64,000 nt of DNA from contig PMML01000112.1 of the NCBI GenBank assembly GCA_003162695.1, forward strand, positions 1,073-65,072, in the 5' to 3' direction. The translations under genes were made by a program, and so were the position numbers. This DNA is from Ignavibacteriota bacterium (GTDB lineage Bacteria; Bacteroidota; Ignavibacteria; UBA10030). The notes under the pieces were generated by a model. It had not been told where the DNA came from and searched no databases. It was given only the letters and a program-made list of their open reading frames with translations. This document shows positions 7,988 to 16,640 of the stretch, piece by piece. Each line of letters starts with the position of its first letter. Positions within the stretch are counted from its first letter, which is position 1.

Positions 7988-10900
7988 ATGTCTGCGATTA
8001 TTCCAACAGAAAACGAACTTCATTTTCCCGACTTTACATTAGTCTCCGCATCGGCGGGGTCGGGAAAAACATACGCCCTCGCATTCCGCATTCTCCGGCT
8101 TTTACTTTCGGATAAAAACGGACGGAACGACCTCCGGAACCTGCTCGCCATGACTTTTACAAAAAATGCAGCGGCGGAAATGCGTCAGCGCGTCTTAAAG
8201 TACCTCAAGCAGGCCGCGTTCGGCGATCCGGAAACGCTCGAGCAGCTTCGCAGCATGCTTCCCCTTGAAGACGACGTCCTGCGCCTTCGCGCGCGTGCGC
8301 GCGTGGATGAGATATTAGACCGCTATACGGATTTTCAAATTCAGACCATTGACAGCTTCCTGGCGCATGTATTCCGGGCGTCGGCGCTGGAACTCGGTTT
8401 CGCGCCGCAGTCCGCCGTTTCCATAGGGGATGCGGCAGCGACCGAAGAAGCATTCCAGGAAGTTATGAAGTCTGTTATAGAGAGCGGCGAGACAGCGCTC
8501 TTAGAAAGTCTTGTCCGTCAGATGGCAGAAGGCCAGTCCGGCAGCTCAAAATTTCTCTGGGATCCGTACGCACAACTCCGGAAAAATACTATTGCATTGT
8601 TTACACGTCTTCTGGCGCTTGCACAGGAACCGTTTCCGGCGGAAGATGGTACGGAGGCAAAAAAACTTTTACGGAAAGATTTTCTAAAAGCAGTTGAGAC
8701 GCTGAACGGCGTTGCGGAGGAATCGGGATTTGAGAAGTCAAAGGAATTTGTAAAGATAATGGAATCGGTTCAAAGGGGTGACATCGATGAATCCATGGGA
8801 AAAATCATAAAGAAACAGATCAACAAGGGCAAGTCGAAAGCGAAAAACTTCGAGGAATGGAATGAGAGATGTTTAGACTCTGCTGAAGCGGTCAACGAAG
8901 TCGCCCGCCGGTGGGTGGAGCTTCGGTGCCGTCTGTATTACCGTCCCTATCTGCAAACACATGCGCTGCTCAAGCAAAACCTGGAAGCAATACAGCGCCG
9001 CCGCGGCGAAATCTCCGTCGGCAGTGTAACAAAAAAACTTGCAGAATATATTTCCGCCGATTGCGTGCCGGAGCTGTACCTGCATCTGGGAGAGGAAATT
9101 ATCCATTATTGCATCGATGAATTTCAGGACACGTCTCCGATCCAATGGCGGAGTCTTTATCCGCTTTTAGATAACGCCCTCTCGCAGGGCGGCAGCCTCT
9201 TTGTTGTCGGCGATACCAAGCAATCCATCTTTTCCTTCCGCGGAGCTGACTGGCGGATTATGAAACGTTTGGAGGAAGAGGAGGTTTTTCCCTCAGCGCC
9301 GGTTCGGAAAGAGACGCTGGAAACAAACTATCGCAGCCGGGAAGAGATCGTGGAGTTCAACCGGAAAGTTTTTCAAGATATTTTGCCCCTCAAAGAGGAT
9401 CCGGCCGTTACGCGTGCCAGCGGTCTTTCCACATATTACCAGAAGGTCCGTGATGCCTATAAAAGCAAGGGATATGTTGAACGCATCGCTATTTCAACCG
9501 CGGAACCGGAAGACGCCGAGCGAAAAGCGATATTAGACATACTGGCCGATTGCCGCCGCCGCGGCTATGCAATGAGGGAAATTGCCGTGGTGACGCCTAA
9601 AAACGACGCCGTAACACAAATCAGCGGCTGGTTGAACGAATCCGGCATACCGTTTATTTCCTACAGCAGCTTAGATATTCGGAGACGTAAAACGACCGGC
9701 GAATTAATTGCGCTCTTGAAATTTCTGGATTCCCCTATCGACGACCTTTCGTTTGCCGCGTTCATTCTTGGCAGCATCCTTCAAGCTGCTTTCAGCGGGG
9801 ATCCGCAGACAGCATTGCCGCAGGCAAAACTGCATGAGTTTATCCGTTCGTTCCGGAACGACGCCGGCAGCCGGGGTGCGCTCTATCGGGAATTTAAACA
9901 GGAGTTTCCGAAGATCTGGGACCGGTATTTTGCGAACCTATTTCGATTAACCGGCTACCTGCCGCTGTACGATCTTGTCGTGGAAACCGTCAAGTCGTTC
10001 AGGATTTTTCAGAATCTTCCGGAAGAAGAAGGCACGCTGGTGCGGTTTTTGGAAACTGTTAAGGAATTTGAAAACAGCGGCGAGAACAGCTTAAAAGATT
10101 TTTTGACATTCGCAGGCGATGAGGAAGACGATTCGCAGTGGACGGTGGATATTCCGGCGGACATGAATGCCGTTCGCGTGATGACGATACACAAATCCAA
10201 AGGACTCGGGTTCCGCGTCGCCATTGTTGTGCTCTATGATTCGCACTCAAAATATGATAATCTGTTCACCGAAGAACGGGACGACGGAATTGTGCTGTTC
10301 CATATTACGAGCAAAGAAAAAGAAATCTCTGCAAAACTGAATGCCATTTACACCGAGCAGCGCAATCGCGAAAAGGTGGACAGCTTGAATCAGCTCTATG
10401 TCGCTCTCACGCGTGCGGAAGAGGAGATGTACATCGTCAATATTTTAGCAAAAACAGTCGATGAACCGTCCGCATATTTTCCGGAATCCGGATCCCCTGC
10501 AATGCGTAAAACAAGGGCAGAGTCTGTGCATCATGATGAGCAGCCGGAAGCAGAAATTTTGCACACGTCGGAGACGATCACATTCTCCGGCGGTAGCGAG
10601 GAACCGCTCCGCTGGGCGGAACGGCAGCGCGGCGACGAATTGCATGCCGTGCTTTCACATCTGGAATTTTTAGAAACAAATATTGAAGCGCAGATCGAGA
10701 TTTTATGCGAAAAATATCAGGAGCCGAATTCCCCGGCAGCAAAGGAAAACAATTTTACTTCGACGCTTGTGAGATTCATTAACAACGATGCCATCCGTCC
10801 TTTTTTCGAGCGCCGGGAAAATCGCAGTGTTTGGACTGAATGGGAATGCACAACCGAAGATGGAAGGCTTTTCCGTATGGACAGGGTTATCGTCGATCCG

Positions 10901-11062
10901 TCGGCAGTCGTCGTTGTGGACTTCAAGACTGGAGGAGATAAGGACGGATACACGGTTCAGATCCGGCAGTACATGAAAATTCTCAAAGATATTTATCCGG
11001 CTAAAACCGTTTGTGGAGTATTGGCGTTCATCGACCGGAACTACGTGAGGAAGATAGAATGA
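7988..11062 (+). CDS. addA: ATP-dependent helicase/nuclease subunit A (AddA/RecB-like, UvrD family)
   Basis: Present are Walker A 'SAGSGKTY', motif II 'CIDEFQDTSP', 'VGDTKQSIFSFRGA' and 'MTIHKSKGLGF'. The C-terminal PD-(D/E)xK nuclease block is 'DRVIVDPSAVVVVDFKTG...QIRQY'. I preferred the ATG at 7988; the TTG at 7967 is also possible. Confidence 0.85.
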   Translation: MSAIIPTENELHFPDFTLVSASAGSGKTYALAFRILRLLLSDKNGRNDLRNLLAMTFTKNAAAEMRQRVLKYLKQAAFGDPETLEQLRSMLPLEDDVLRLRARARVDEILDRYTDFQIQTIDSFLAHVFRASALELGFAPQSAVSIGDAAATEEAFQEVMKSVIESGETALLESLVRQMAEGQSGSSKFLWDPYAQLRKNTIALFTRLLALAQEPFPAEDGTEAKKLLRKDFLKAVETLNGVAEESGFEKSKEFVKIMESVQRGDIDESMGKIIKKQINKGKSKAKNFEEWNERCLDSAEAVNEVARRWVELRCRLYYRPYLQTHALLKQNLEAIQRRRGEISVGSVTKKLAEYISADCVPELYLHLGEEIIHYCIDEFQDTSPIQWRSLYPLLDNALSQGGSLFVVGDTKQSIFSFRGADWRIMKRLEEEEVFPSAPVRKETLETNYRSREEIVEFNRKVFQDILPLKEDPAVTRASGLSTYYQKVRDAYKSKGYVERIAISTAEPEDAERKAILDILADCRRRGYAMREIAVVTPKNDAVTQISGWLNESGIPFISYSSLDIRRRKTTGELIALLKFLDSPIDDLSFAAFILGSILQAAFSGDPQTALPQAKLHEFIRSFRNDAGSRGALYREFKQEFPKIWDRYFANLFRLTGYLPLYDLVVETVKSFRIFQNLPEEEGTLVRFLETVKEFENSGENSLKDFLTFAGDEEDDSQWTVDIPADMNAVRVMTIHKSKGLGFRVAIVVLYDSHSKYDNLFTEERDDGIVLFHITSKEKEISAKLNAIYTEQRNREKVDSLNQLYVALTRAEEEMYIVNILAKTVDEPSAYFPESGSPAMRKTRAESVHHDEQPEAEILHTSETITFSGGSEEPLRWAERQRGDELHAVLSHLEFLETNIEAQIEILCEKYQEPNSPAAKENNFTSTLVRFINNDAIRPFFERRENRSVWTEWECTTEDGRLFRMDRVIVDPSAVVVVDFKTGGDKDGYTVQIRQYMKILKDIYPAKTVCGVLAFIDRNYVRKIE

Positions 11063-13935
11063 GCACGACGGTCGTCATCGATGCACGCGAAGATCTTATT
11101 GCGGAAGTGATACGGCAGATCGACCCGGGCGCTGAAGATCTGTCCGGAATCATGATCGTCTTTCCGGGTAAGCGGCCTGCGCATTTTGTCCGCAGGCAAA
11201 TCGGAAGCATACTCAAAAAAAGCTTCATTCCGCCCCGGATCGTTTCCATCGACGATTTTGTTCAGCGCCTCTGCGCCGCCCGACCCGGACGCGAATCCCG
11301 GCCGCAATTATCCGATATCGATGCTGTTGCAATTCTTTATGAAATTCATTCGAAGTCCGAACATCCCATCGGCGGGGGGCAATTCCGTTCGCTCGACGAA
11401 TTTTTTGCCGTTGGCATAAAACTCTATTCCGAACTGGAAGAATTAAAATTGACCGGTTACGGAGCGGAACATATTCAGAAGATCATTGAAGGACTTCCTC
11501 ACGGAAGGCTGCAGGCCTTAGGCGCGTATTATAAGGCCTTCTACGAAGAACTCGAACGCCGGTTGTACACGACGCGTGCACTGCAGTATCTGGAGGCTGT
11601 CGATGCCGTCGAATCCGGCGCATGGCCGGATGTTCGGAAACTGATTATTGCGGGATTTTTTGCAATGACCAAGACCGAGCAGCGGCTGTTTCATTTGCTG
11701 AGGCAGAGGGAGGACACAGCATTTATTTTTCAGAAGAATGCGGGTGAAGAACAGCAGTGGAAAGATGTGGAATCTGCAGATGAAGAAAAGTCCGGAATAA
11801 AATCGGAAAAAGAACCGGAACTTGAAAGAGTCTCAACTCCGGAAATCACGTTTATAAAATCCTCCGATGTACACGGTCAGGTTTTTGCGCTGGCACAGGT
11901 GCTGAAAAACAAACGGGACACGGGAATGGTCCTGGATGAAAAAACAGTGATCGTTTTGCCCGACCCGGAGTCGCTCTTCCCGCTTCTGCATTTCGCATTG
12001 CCGCCGTTTAAGGAAGAGGAATACAATATTGCCCTCGGCTATCCGCTTTCCCGGACTCCCATATTTGGCTTCCTGCAGGATCTTCTTGCACTCACCGCTG
12101 CATCGCCGGACGGTGCGTATCCGGCAAGTTCGTATATCCGGTTTGTCCTGCATCCCTACGTAAAGAACATCCGTTTCGAGCAGCGTGCAGATGTGACGCG
12201 CATACTGTTCCATGAGATAGAAAAACATCTTGCCGGGGAAACGAATCTTGGCACCATCCGGCTGGAAGAACTTGAGGAACGCAATAAAATATTTATCGAT
12301 GCAGTCAGATCGCTTTCCGGAGACGAATTACATATCGATTTTAATGCTTTGCAGAAACATTTAAAGAACATTCATGACCGGACGATTCGTTCGCTCCGGT
12401 TTACGCCGGATATGACCATCGGTTCGTTCGCTTCCGTTCTCATTGAATTATTGAAGTTTGTCTATGATACAAGCACAGCCAATGCGCATCCGTTTTTCCG
12501 GAGATATGCGGAGCAAATGCTGGAAACCCTGGACGGCGTGCGCAGATCGCTTCTGGCGGAATTGAAATTTCAGGAACCGGCAGGATATGCGAATTTTATT
12601 CAGACATACATCGCCGCGGTCGATGTTCCGTTTGCCGGAACGCCGCTCAACGGCTTGCAGGTGCTCGGACTTCTGGAAACGCGCAGCATCCGGTTCGAGA
12701 CGGTTTATATATTGGACGTGAACGAAGGAATTTTGCCCGGGGCGCAGGGACAGGACATGATGCTCCCGCAAAAACTCCGCCGTCAGCTCGGTATGGAGAC
12801 GTATAGTGAACGGGAAAAATTAACAGAGCATTATTTCCGCATACTCCTGCAGGGAGCGAAAGAAGTTCATCTCTTCTTTTCGGAGTCCCGCTCCGGTCAA
12901 AAAGAGCGGAGCCGCTTCATACAAAAAATGCTCTGGCGCAGCGAACGGGAGGCGCAAAAATTAATCGGTGATACGAACGTGAAGACGGTGCGGTATAAAG
13001 TTCAACTCACCGCAGGAAATCCGGAGAAAATTTCCAAAACACTGCAGATGATAGATACTATCCGGAAATTGCAATTCAGTGCAACGTCGCTGGATGCCTA
13101 CCTCCGGTGCGGATTGAAATTTTATTACTCCTCTGTTTTACGCCTGCGCGAGAAGCCGGAAGTGGATGAGGAAATCGACAACCGGGATATCGGCGAAGTT
13201 GTGCATCGGATTCTCCATGAAGTTTTCCGCCCGATGATAGGCACGCACATGACGCTGTCGGCGCTTGCTGCAGTCGAGTTGAATCCTATAATAGAAGAGC
13301 GGTTCCGCCAATACTTCGGCGCTGCGCGGGGAGCAAGGGAATTCCTGATGCAGGGTCAGGTTTTTAAACAAGTGCAGGCGTTTATCGAGCGCTATCAGAT
13401 TCCTTTAATAGAACAGGATCAAGTAGTAATTCTCGGCGCCGAAGATGAATTGCAGGCATCCATCAGGGATGTATCTTTCAGAGTGCGCACAGACCGTATT
13501 GAAAAACGCGGTGATAAAATTGTAATACTCGATTATAAAATTTCCAATTCCGCCGAACGTTACTGCATCAAGTTCTCAAAATTGCAGACGGAAGACCGGA
13601 CAACATGGCCGGAAGCAATAGGATCTCTCCAGCTTCCGCTTTACATTATGATTTATTCAACGCTGCGAAATATCCCGCCGGAAAAAATCTCCGCCGCCTA
13701 TTTACTGCTGGGCAAACGCACGATCGATCCGGACATCGAATACCCGCTTTATATTGATGACGAAGAAGCCCGCCAATGGCAGGGAACGATGGAAGACATT
13801 ATTTTCTCGCTCGTCAGCGAAATCCGTAATCCCGCCGTGGATTTTTCCCCGACAACCGATTTTATAAAACAATGTCCCGGTTGTCCGTATATGGTAATGT
13901 GTGGAACGCAGTGGACGGGGAAAGGAGAATGGTGA
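11059..13935 (+). CDS. addB: helicase-nuclease subunit B (AddB-like) with Fe-S cysteines
   Basis: The ATG at 11059 overlaps the addA stop (ATGA). The RecB-type nuclease block 'IVILDYKIS' is flanked by 'YLRCGLKFYY' and 'CPGCPYMVMC' (1+3 Cys, C-x2-C-x5-C), as in the B. subtilis AddB iron-sulfur staple. The N-terminal Walker A is degenerate ('FPGKRPAHF'). Confidence 0.8.
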   Translation: MSTTVVIDAREDLIAEVIRQIDPGAEDLSGIMIVFPGKRPAHFVRRQIGSILKKSFIPPRIVSIDDFVQRLCAARPGRESRPQLSDIDAVAILYEIHSKSEHPIGGGQFRSLDEFFAVGIKLYSELEELKLTGYGAEHIQKIIEGLPHGRLQALGAYYKAFYEELERRLYTTRALQYLEAVDAVESGAWPDVRKLIIAGFFAMTKTEQRLFHLLRQREDTAFIFQKNAGEEQQWKDVESADEEKSGIKSEKEPELERVSTPEITFIKSSDVHGQVFALAQVLKNKRDTGMVLDEKTVIVLPDPESLFPLLHFALPPFKEEEYNIALGYPLSRTPIFGFLQDLLALTAASPDGAYPASSYIRFVLHPYVKNIRFEQRADVTRILFHEIEKHLAGETNLGTIRLEELEERNKIFIDAVRSLSGDELHIDFNALQKHLKNIHDRTIRSLRFTPDMTIGSFASVLIELLKFVYDTSTANAHPFFRRYAEQMLETLDGVRRSLLAELKFQEPAGYANFIQTYIAAVDVPFAGTPLNGLQVLGLLETRSIRFETVYILDVNEGILPGAQGQDMMLPQKLRRQLGMETYSEREKLTEHYFRILLQGAKEVHLFFSESRSGQKERSRFIQKMLWRSEREAQKLIGDTNVKTVRYKVQLTAGNPEKISKTLQMIDTIRKLQFSATSLDAYLRCGLKFYYSSVLRLREKPEVDEEIDNRDIGEVVHRILHEVFRPMIGTHMTLSALAAVELNPIIEERFRQYFGAARGAREFLMQGQVFKQVQAFIERYQIPLIEQDQVVILGAEDELQASIRDVSFRVRTDRIEKRGDKIVILDYKISNSAERYCIKFSKLQTEDRTTWPEAIGSLQLPLYIMIYSTLRNIPPEKISAAYLLLGKRTIDPDIEYPLYIDDEEARQWQGTMEDIIFSLVSEIRNPAVDFSPTTDFIKQCPGCPYMVMCGTQWTGKGEW

Positions 13936-14152
13936 ATGCAGGGTTGTGAATTGCGGAAAAAAATTGTTCGTGGTTCAAGGTCATGCTATTACCCATCCAA
14001 TAGTGGAAAAAGAATTGAATTGCTATGGGGAAAAATATACTCTGCAATGTTCAATAAATACTCCAGATGGAAGGAATCCCTGTATTTTTTCTGTCTGGAT
14101 AATAGAAAACGGAAAACTACAGCCAAGACTTGTTACTGCGTATCCGGGCTGA
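13901..14152 (+). CDS. DUF6883-like small protein, apparently N-terminally truncated or degenerate
   Basis: The C-terminal 'YGEKYTLQCSINTPDGRNPCIFSVWIIENGKLQPRLVTAYP' matches my recollection of the DUF6883 C-terminal half (..YG.rY.v......v.tvWI......PRLvTaYP). The N-terminal 'KL..Y.L...HP.G..KA' half is largely missing. An alternative GTG start lies at 13946, and the ORF overlaps the addB 3' end. Confidence 0.4.
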   Translation: MERSGRGKENGECRVVNCGKKLFVVQGHAITHPIVEKELNCYGEKYTLQCSINTPDGRNPCIFSVWIIENGKLQPRLVTAYPG

Positions 14153-14593
14153 GATCAAATCTTTGTACGAGATTTAATTTTTTGATTTACAGGTTATTGT
14201 TTCGACGGGTTATAGACCAAGAACATTGCCGCATATATGACGACGCCCGCAAAAAATGAAGCGGATCGACAACAACACAGACGGGTCTTCCTTTGGATGC
14301 CTTATTACACAGGTTTTCCTGAGTTCTTAAGGCTGCAGCAAATAGATAGAAATCTTAAATCATGGTATTTCTATACCTCTGAACAGCCGAGTTATGAAGG
14401 AGTTGCATTCCTGAGTCGATAAGGGATCCTGCAGCCAGCAAAATTATTATACACCTTTTCCAACCTGCACATCCTACCGTTAAAGCACGTGCTGAGAAAC
14501 AAGCAATAAGAACCAAGAACGTTGAACCTTGGACCGAAGCACTTCAGCACATCTTTTTCCTTCGTTAAAATCCGCGTTTTTTTCATTATTCAC

Positions 14594-14621
14594 TTGACTT
14601 TCACCCCTATTTCTCTAAATT
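14594..14621 (+). promoter_or_regulatory. candidate dcw (Pmra) promoter
   Basis: TTGACT (14594-14599), a 16-nt spacer and TAAATT (14616-14621) lie directly upstream of the MraZ boxes and about 80 nt upstream of mraZ. Confidence 0.4.
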
Positions 14622-14632
14622 ACTATATGCCG

Positions 14633-14657
14633 GTGGGGAAAAGTGGGGAATTAGGGG
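14633..14657 (+). promoter_or_regulatory. MraZ operator: three G-rich direct repeats with 10-bp period
   Basis: The sequence reads GTGGGGAAAA GTGGGGAATT AGGGG, with repeats at 14633, 14643 and 14653. E. coli MraZ is known to bind GTGGG direct repeats spaced one helical turn apart in its own promoter. Confidence 0.6.
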
Positions 14658-14700
14658 AAAAGAAATTTGATTCGATTTTTGAAAGTTAATTTTAGATAAT

Positions 14701-15147
14701 ATGTCATCCTTTAAGGGCAGATATAACTATTCCGTAGACGAAAAAGGGCGCATTGCGCTTCCTGCGAAGCTTCGGAAAAATGTCGCTTCCAGCGCCAAAG
14801 GAAACTTTGTCATCACTCGCGGATTTGAAAAATGTCTCTATGTCTATCCGCAGGACGAATGGAATACGCTCGAACAAAACGTCCGCAATCTTTCTTTTCT
14901 TGATGCCAAACAACGCAATTTTAACCGGACTCTTTTCCAATGGGCAGCCGACTCTCAATTGGACAGCCAGTCCCGCATTACGGTGCAACAGGAGTTGCTG
15001 GACTATGCCGGAATCAAGAATGAAGTGATTGTACTCGGTGTGCTCGATCGCATTGAAATCTGGAGTCCGTCTGTATACGACGAATTTCAAAAAATACAAC
15101 CGGTAACATACGAAACTGTCGCTGAACAAGTTTTTAAGCAGCAGTAG
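14701..15147 (+). CDS. mraZ: transcriptional regulator MraZ
   Basis: 'FKGRYNYSVDEKGRIALPAKLR' and a second SpoVT/AbrB-like half 'DSQSRITVQQELLDYAGI' are present, and it is the first gene of the dcw cluster. Confidence 0.95.
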   Translation: MSSFKGRYNYSVDEKGRIALPAKLRKNVASSAKGNFVITRGFEKCLYVYPQDEWNTLEQNVRNLSFLDAKQRNFNRTLFQWAADSQLDSQSRITVQQELLDYAGIKNEVIVLGVLDRIEIWSPSVYDEFQKIQPVTYETVAEQVFKQQ

Positions 15148-15158
15148 AAAGTGTAAAC

Positions 15159-16100
15159 TTGTGCTTAGCGCTCAACAACTTTCATACTCCCGTTCTTCTG
15201 CAGGAGGCAGTGAATTGTCTGCTTTCTTCAGGAAACGGGATTTTTGTTGACGGCACGCTCGGCGGCGGAGGGCATGCAGAAGCGATTCTGCAAAGACTGC
15301 AGCCTCAAAGTTCTTTGATTTGTTTTGATGCGGACGCCGATGCTATCCGGCATGCTTCGCAGCGTTTGGCAGTGTTCGGGGATCGCGTGAGCGTTCTTCA
15401 TGCGAATTTTCGAACGATCAAACATGTTCTGAGCGAGAAAAAAATAGAATGTATCGCCGGATTGCTTCTCGACCTTGGTGTTTCGTCATACCAGCTCGAT
15501 GAGCCGTCCAAAGGGTTCAGTTTTCAAACGGATGAACGGCTCGATATGAGGATGGATCGAGACGAACCGCTGGACGCTTTTGCAGTGGTCAACGGATACG
15601 GCGAAAAAGAACTTGCCGACGTTATTTGGAAGTTCGGCGAAGAACGGCAGTCCAGGAGAATAGCACGAGCTTTAGTTTGGAATCGGGAGCGGATGCCCAT
15701 CGCATCAACTGCGGATCTTGCGAAAATTGTAAGCGGTGCTGCCGGAGGAAAATTCCGAACTAAAACGCTGGCAAGGGTTTTTCAGGCGATCCGGATTGAG
15801 GTCAACCGGGAATTGGAAAATCTTCAGAAGGTTTTAGAAGACGGTATCACGCTCTTACGGCCCGGCGGGCGTCTGGTTGTGATCTCATATCACTCGCTCG
15901 AAGACCGGATTGTCAAACAGACATTCAAATCTGCGGCGGAGGGAAAAAACGATCTCCCGTTTCTCTTGAATCCGATGCTGCCTCATCAGGAACCGGCGGT
16001 GACTCTGGTTATGAAAAAACCGGTCATCGCATCGGAGGAAGAAATTCGGAAAAATCCGCGGGCGCGCAGTGCAAAAATGCGCGCAATTGAAAAGCGATAA
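15159..16100 (+). CDS. rsmH: 16S rRNA (cytosine1402-N4)-methyltransferase
   Basis: 'HTPVLLQEAV', 'DGTLGGGGHAEAIL', 'DLGVSSYQLD' and 'ISYHSLEDRIVKQ' are present. The start codon is TTG. Confidence 0.95.
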   Translation: MCLALNNFHTPVLLQEAVNCLLSSGNGIFVDGTLGGGGHAEAILQRLQPQSSLICFDADADAIRHASQRLAVFGDRVSVLHANFRTIKHVLSEKKIECIAGLLLDLGVSSYQLDEPSKGFSFQTDERLDMRMDRDEPLDAFAVVNGYGEKELADVIWKFGEERQSRRIARALVWNRERMPIASTADLAKIVSGAAGGKFRTKTLARVFQAIRIEVNRELENLQKVLEDGITLLRPGGRLVVISYHSLEDRIVKQTFKSAAEGKNDLPFLLNPMLPHQEPAVTLVMKKPVIASEEEIRKNPRARSAKMRAIEKR

Positions 16101-16103
16101 AAC

Positions 16104-16640
16104 ATGGAACGAGGAAATAATATATCTGGAATCGGAGCGCTTGTCAATCGTGCGATGGGGCAGGAGGAAACGCCGGATTCTGGCTTTTCATCGCCGGCTC
16201 CGAGAGAAATGCGTGTCTACAACTCCGTTCTGCCTGAACTGGAAAAATCCTATACTATTCCGAATAGGCCGGTTCAAGCAGCGCCGAAAAACCGCAAAGC
16301 GCTCAAACGTAAAATTTCTCCATTCAATATCGTCGTGGCGCTGCTTGCGGTAGCGGTGGTAAGCGTCTTTTATATCAGCAACATTTTGACGGTCGGCCGG
16401 CTGCTGACGACTATCAACCGGATGCAGATGAAGCATCAACAAATTCTGAATGAGCAGGAAATGCTGAAGGCGCAGATAGACAAATTGTCCGGCCTTGACC
16501 GGGTAGCTCCGCTTGCTCATGACCGGATTGGATTGATCAACCCGAAACAGGCTCCTGTCTGGATTCATATCGATCCCCGGCGCGTGGAGCAGGCAGAAGA
16601 AATTTTGCGCAGTCATGAGGAATCGACGCAGGGACGATGA
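16104..16640 (+). CDS. ftsL: cell division protein FtsL-like (single TM plus coiled coil, long N-terminal extension)
   Basis: It sits between rsmH and ftsI. It has one TM ('FNIVVALLAVAVVSVFYISNIL') followed by the heptad-like 'MQMKHQQILNEQEMLKAQIDKLS'. Its stop overlaps the ftsI start (ATGA). Confidence 0.65.
   Translation: MERGNNISGIGALVNRAMGQEETPDSGFSSPAPREMRVYNSVLPELEKSYTIPNRPVQAAPKNRKALKRKISPFNIVVALLAVAVVSVFYISNILTVGRLLTTINRMQMKHQQILNEQEMLKAQIDKLSGLDRVAPLAHDRIGLINPKQAPVWIHIDPRRVEQAEEILRSHEESTQGR

Noticed and set aside
13936-14586. ORFs of 61-107 aa lie in the addB-mraZ spacer (13936..14259, 14237..14422, 14392..14586).
   Set aside because: They have no recognisable motifs or ribosome-binding sites, their composition is atypical, and they overlap each other. 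They are probably non-coding or decayed sequence.
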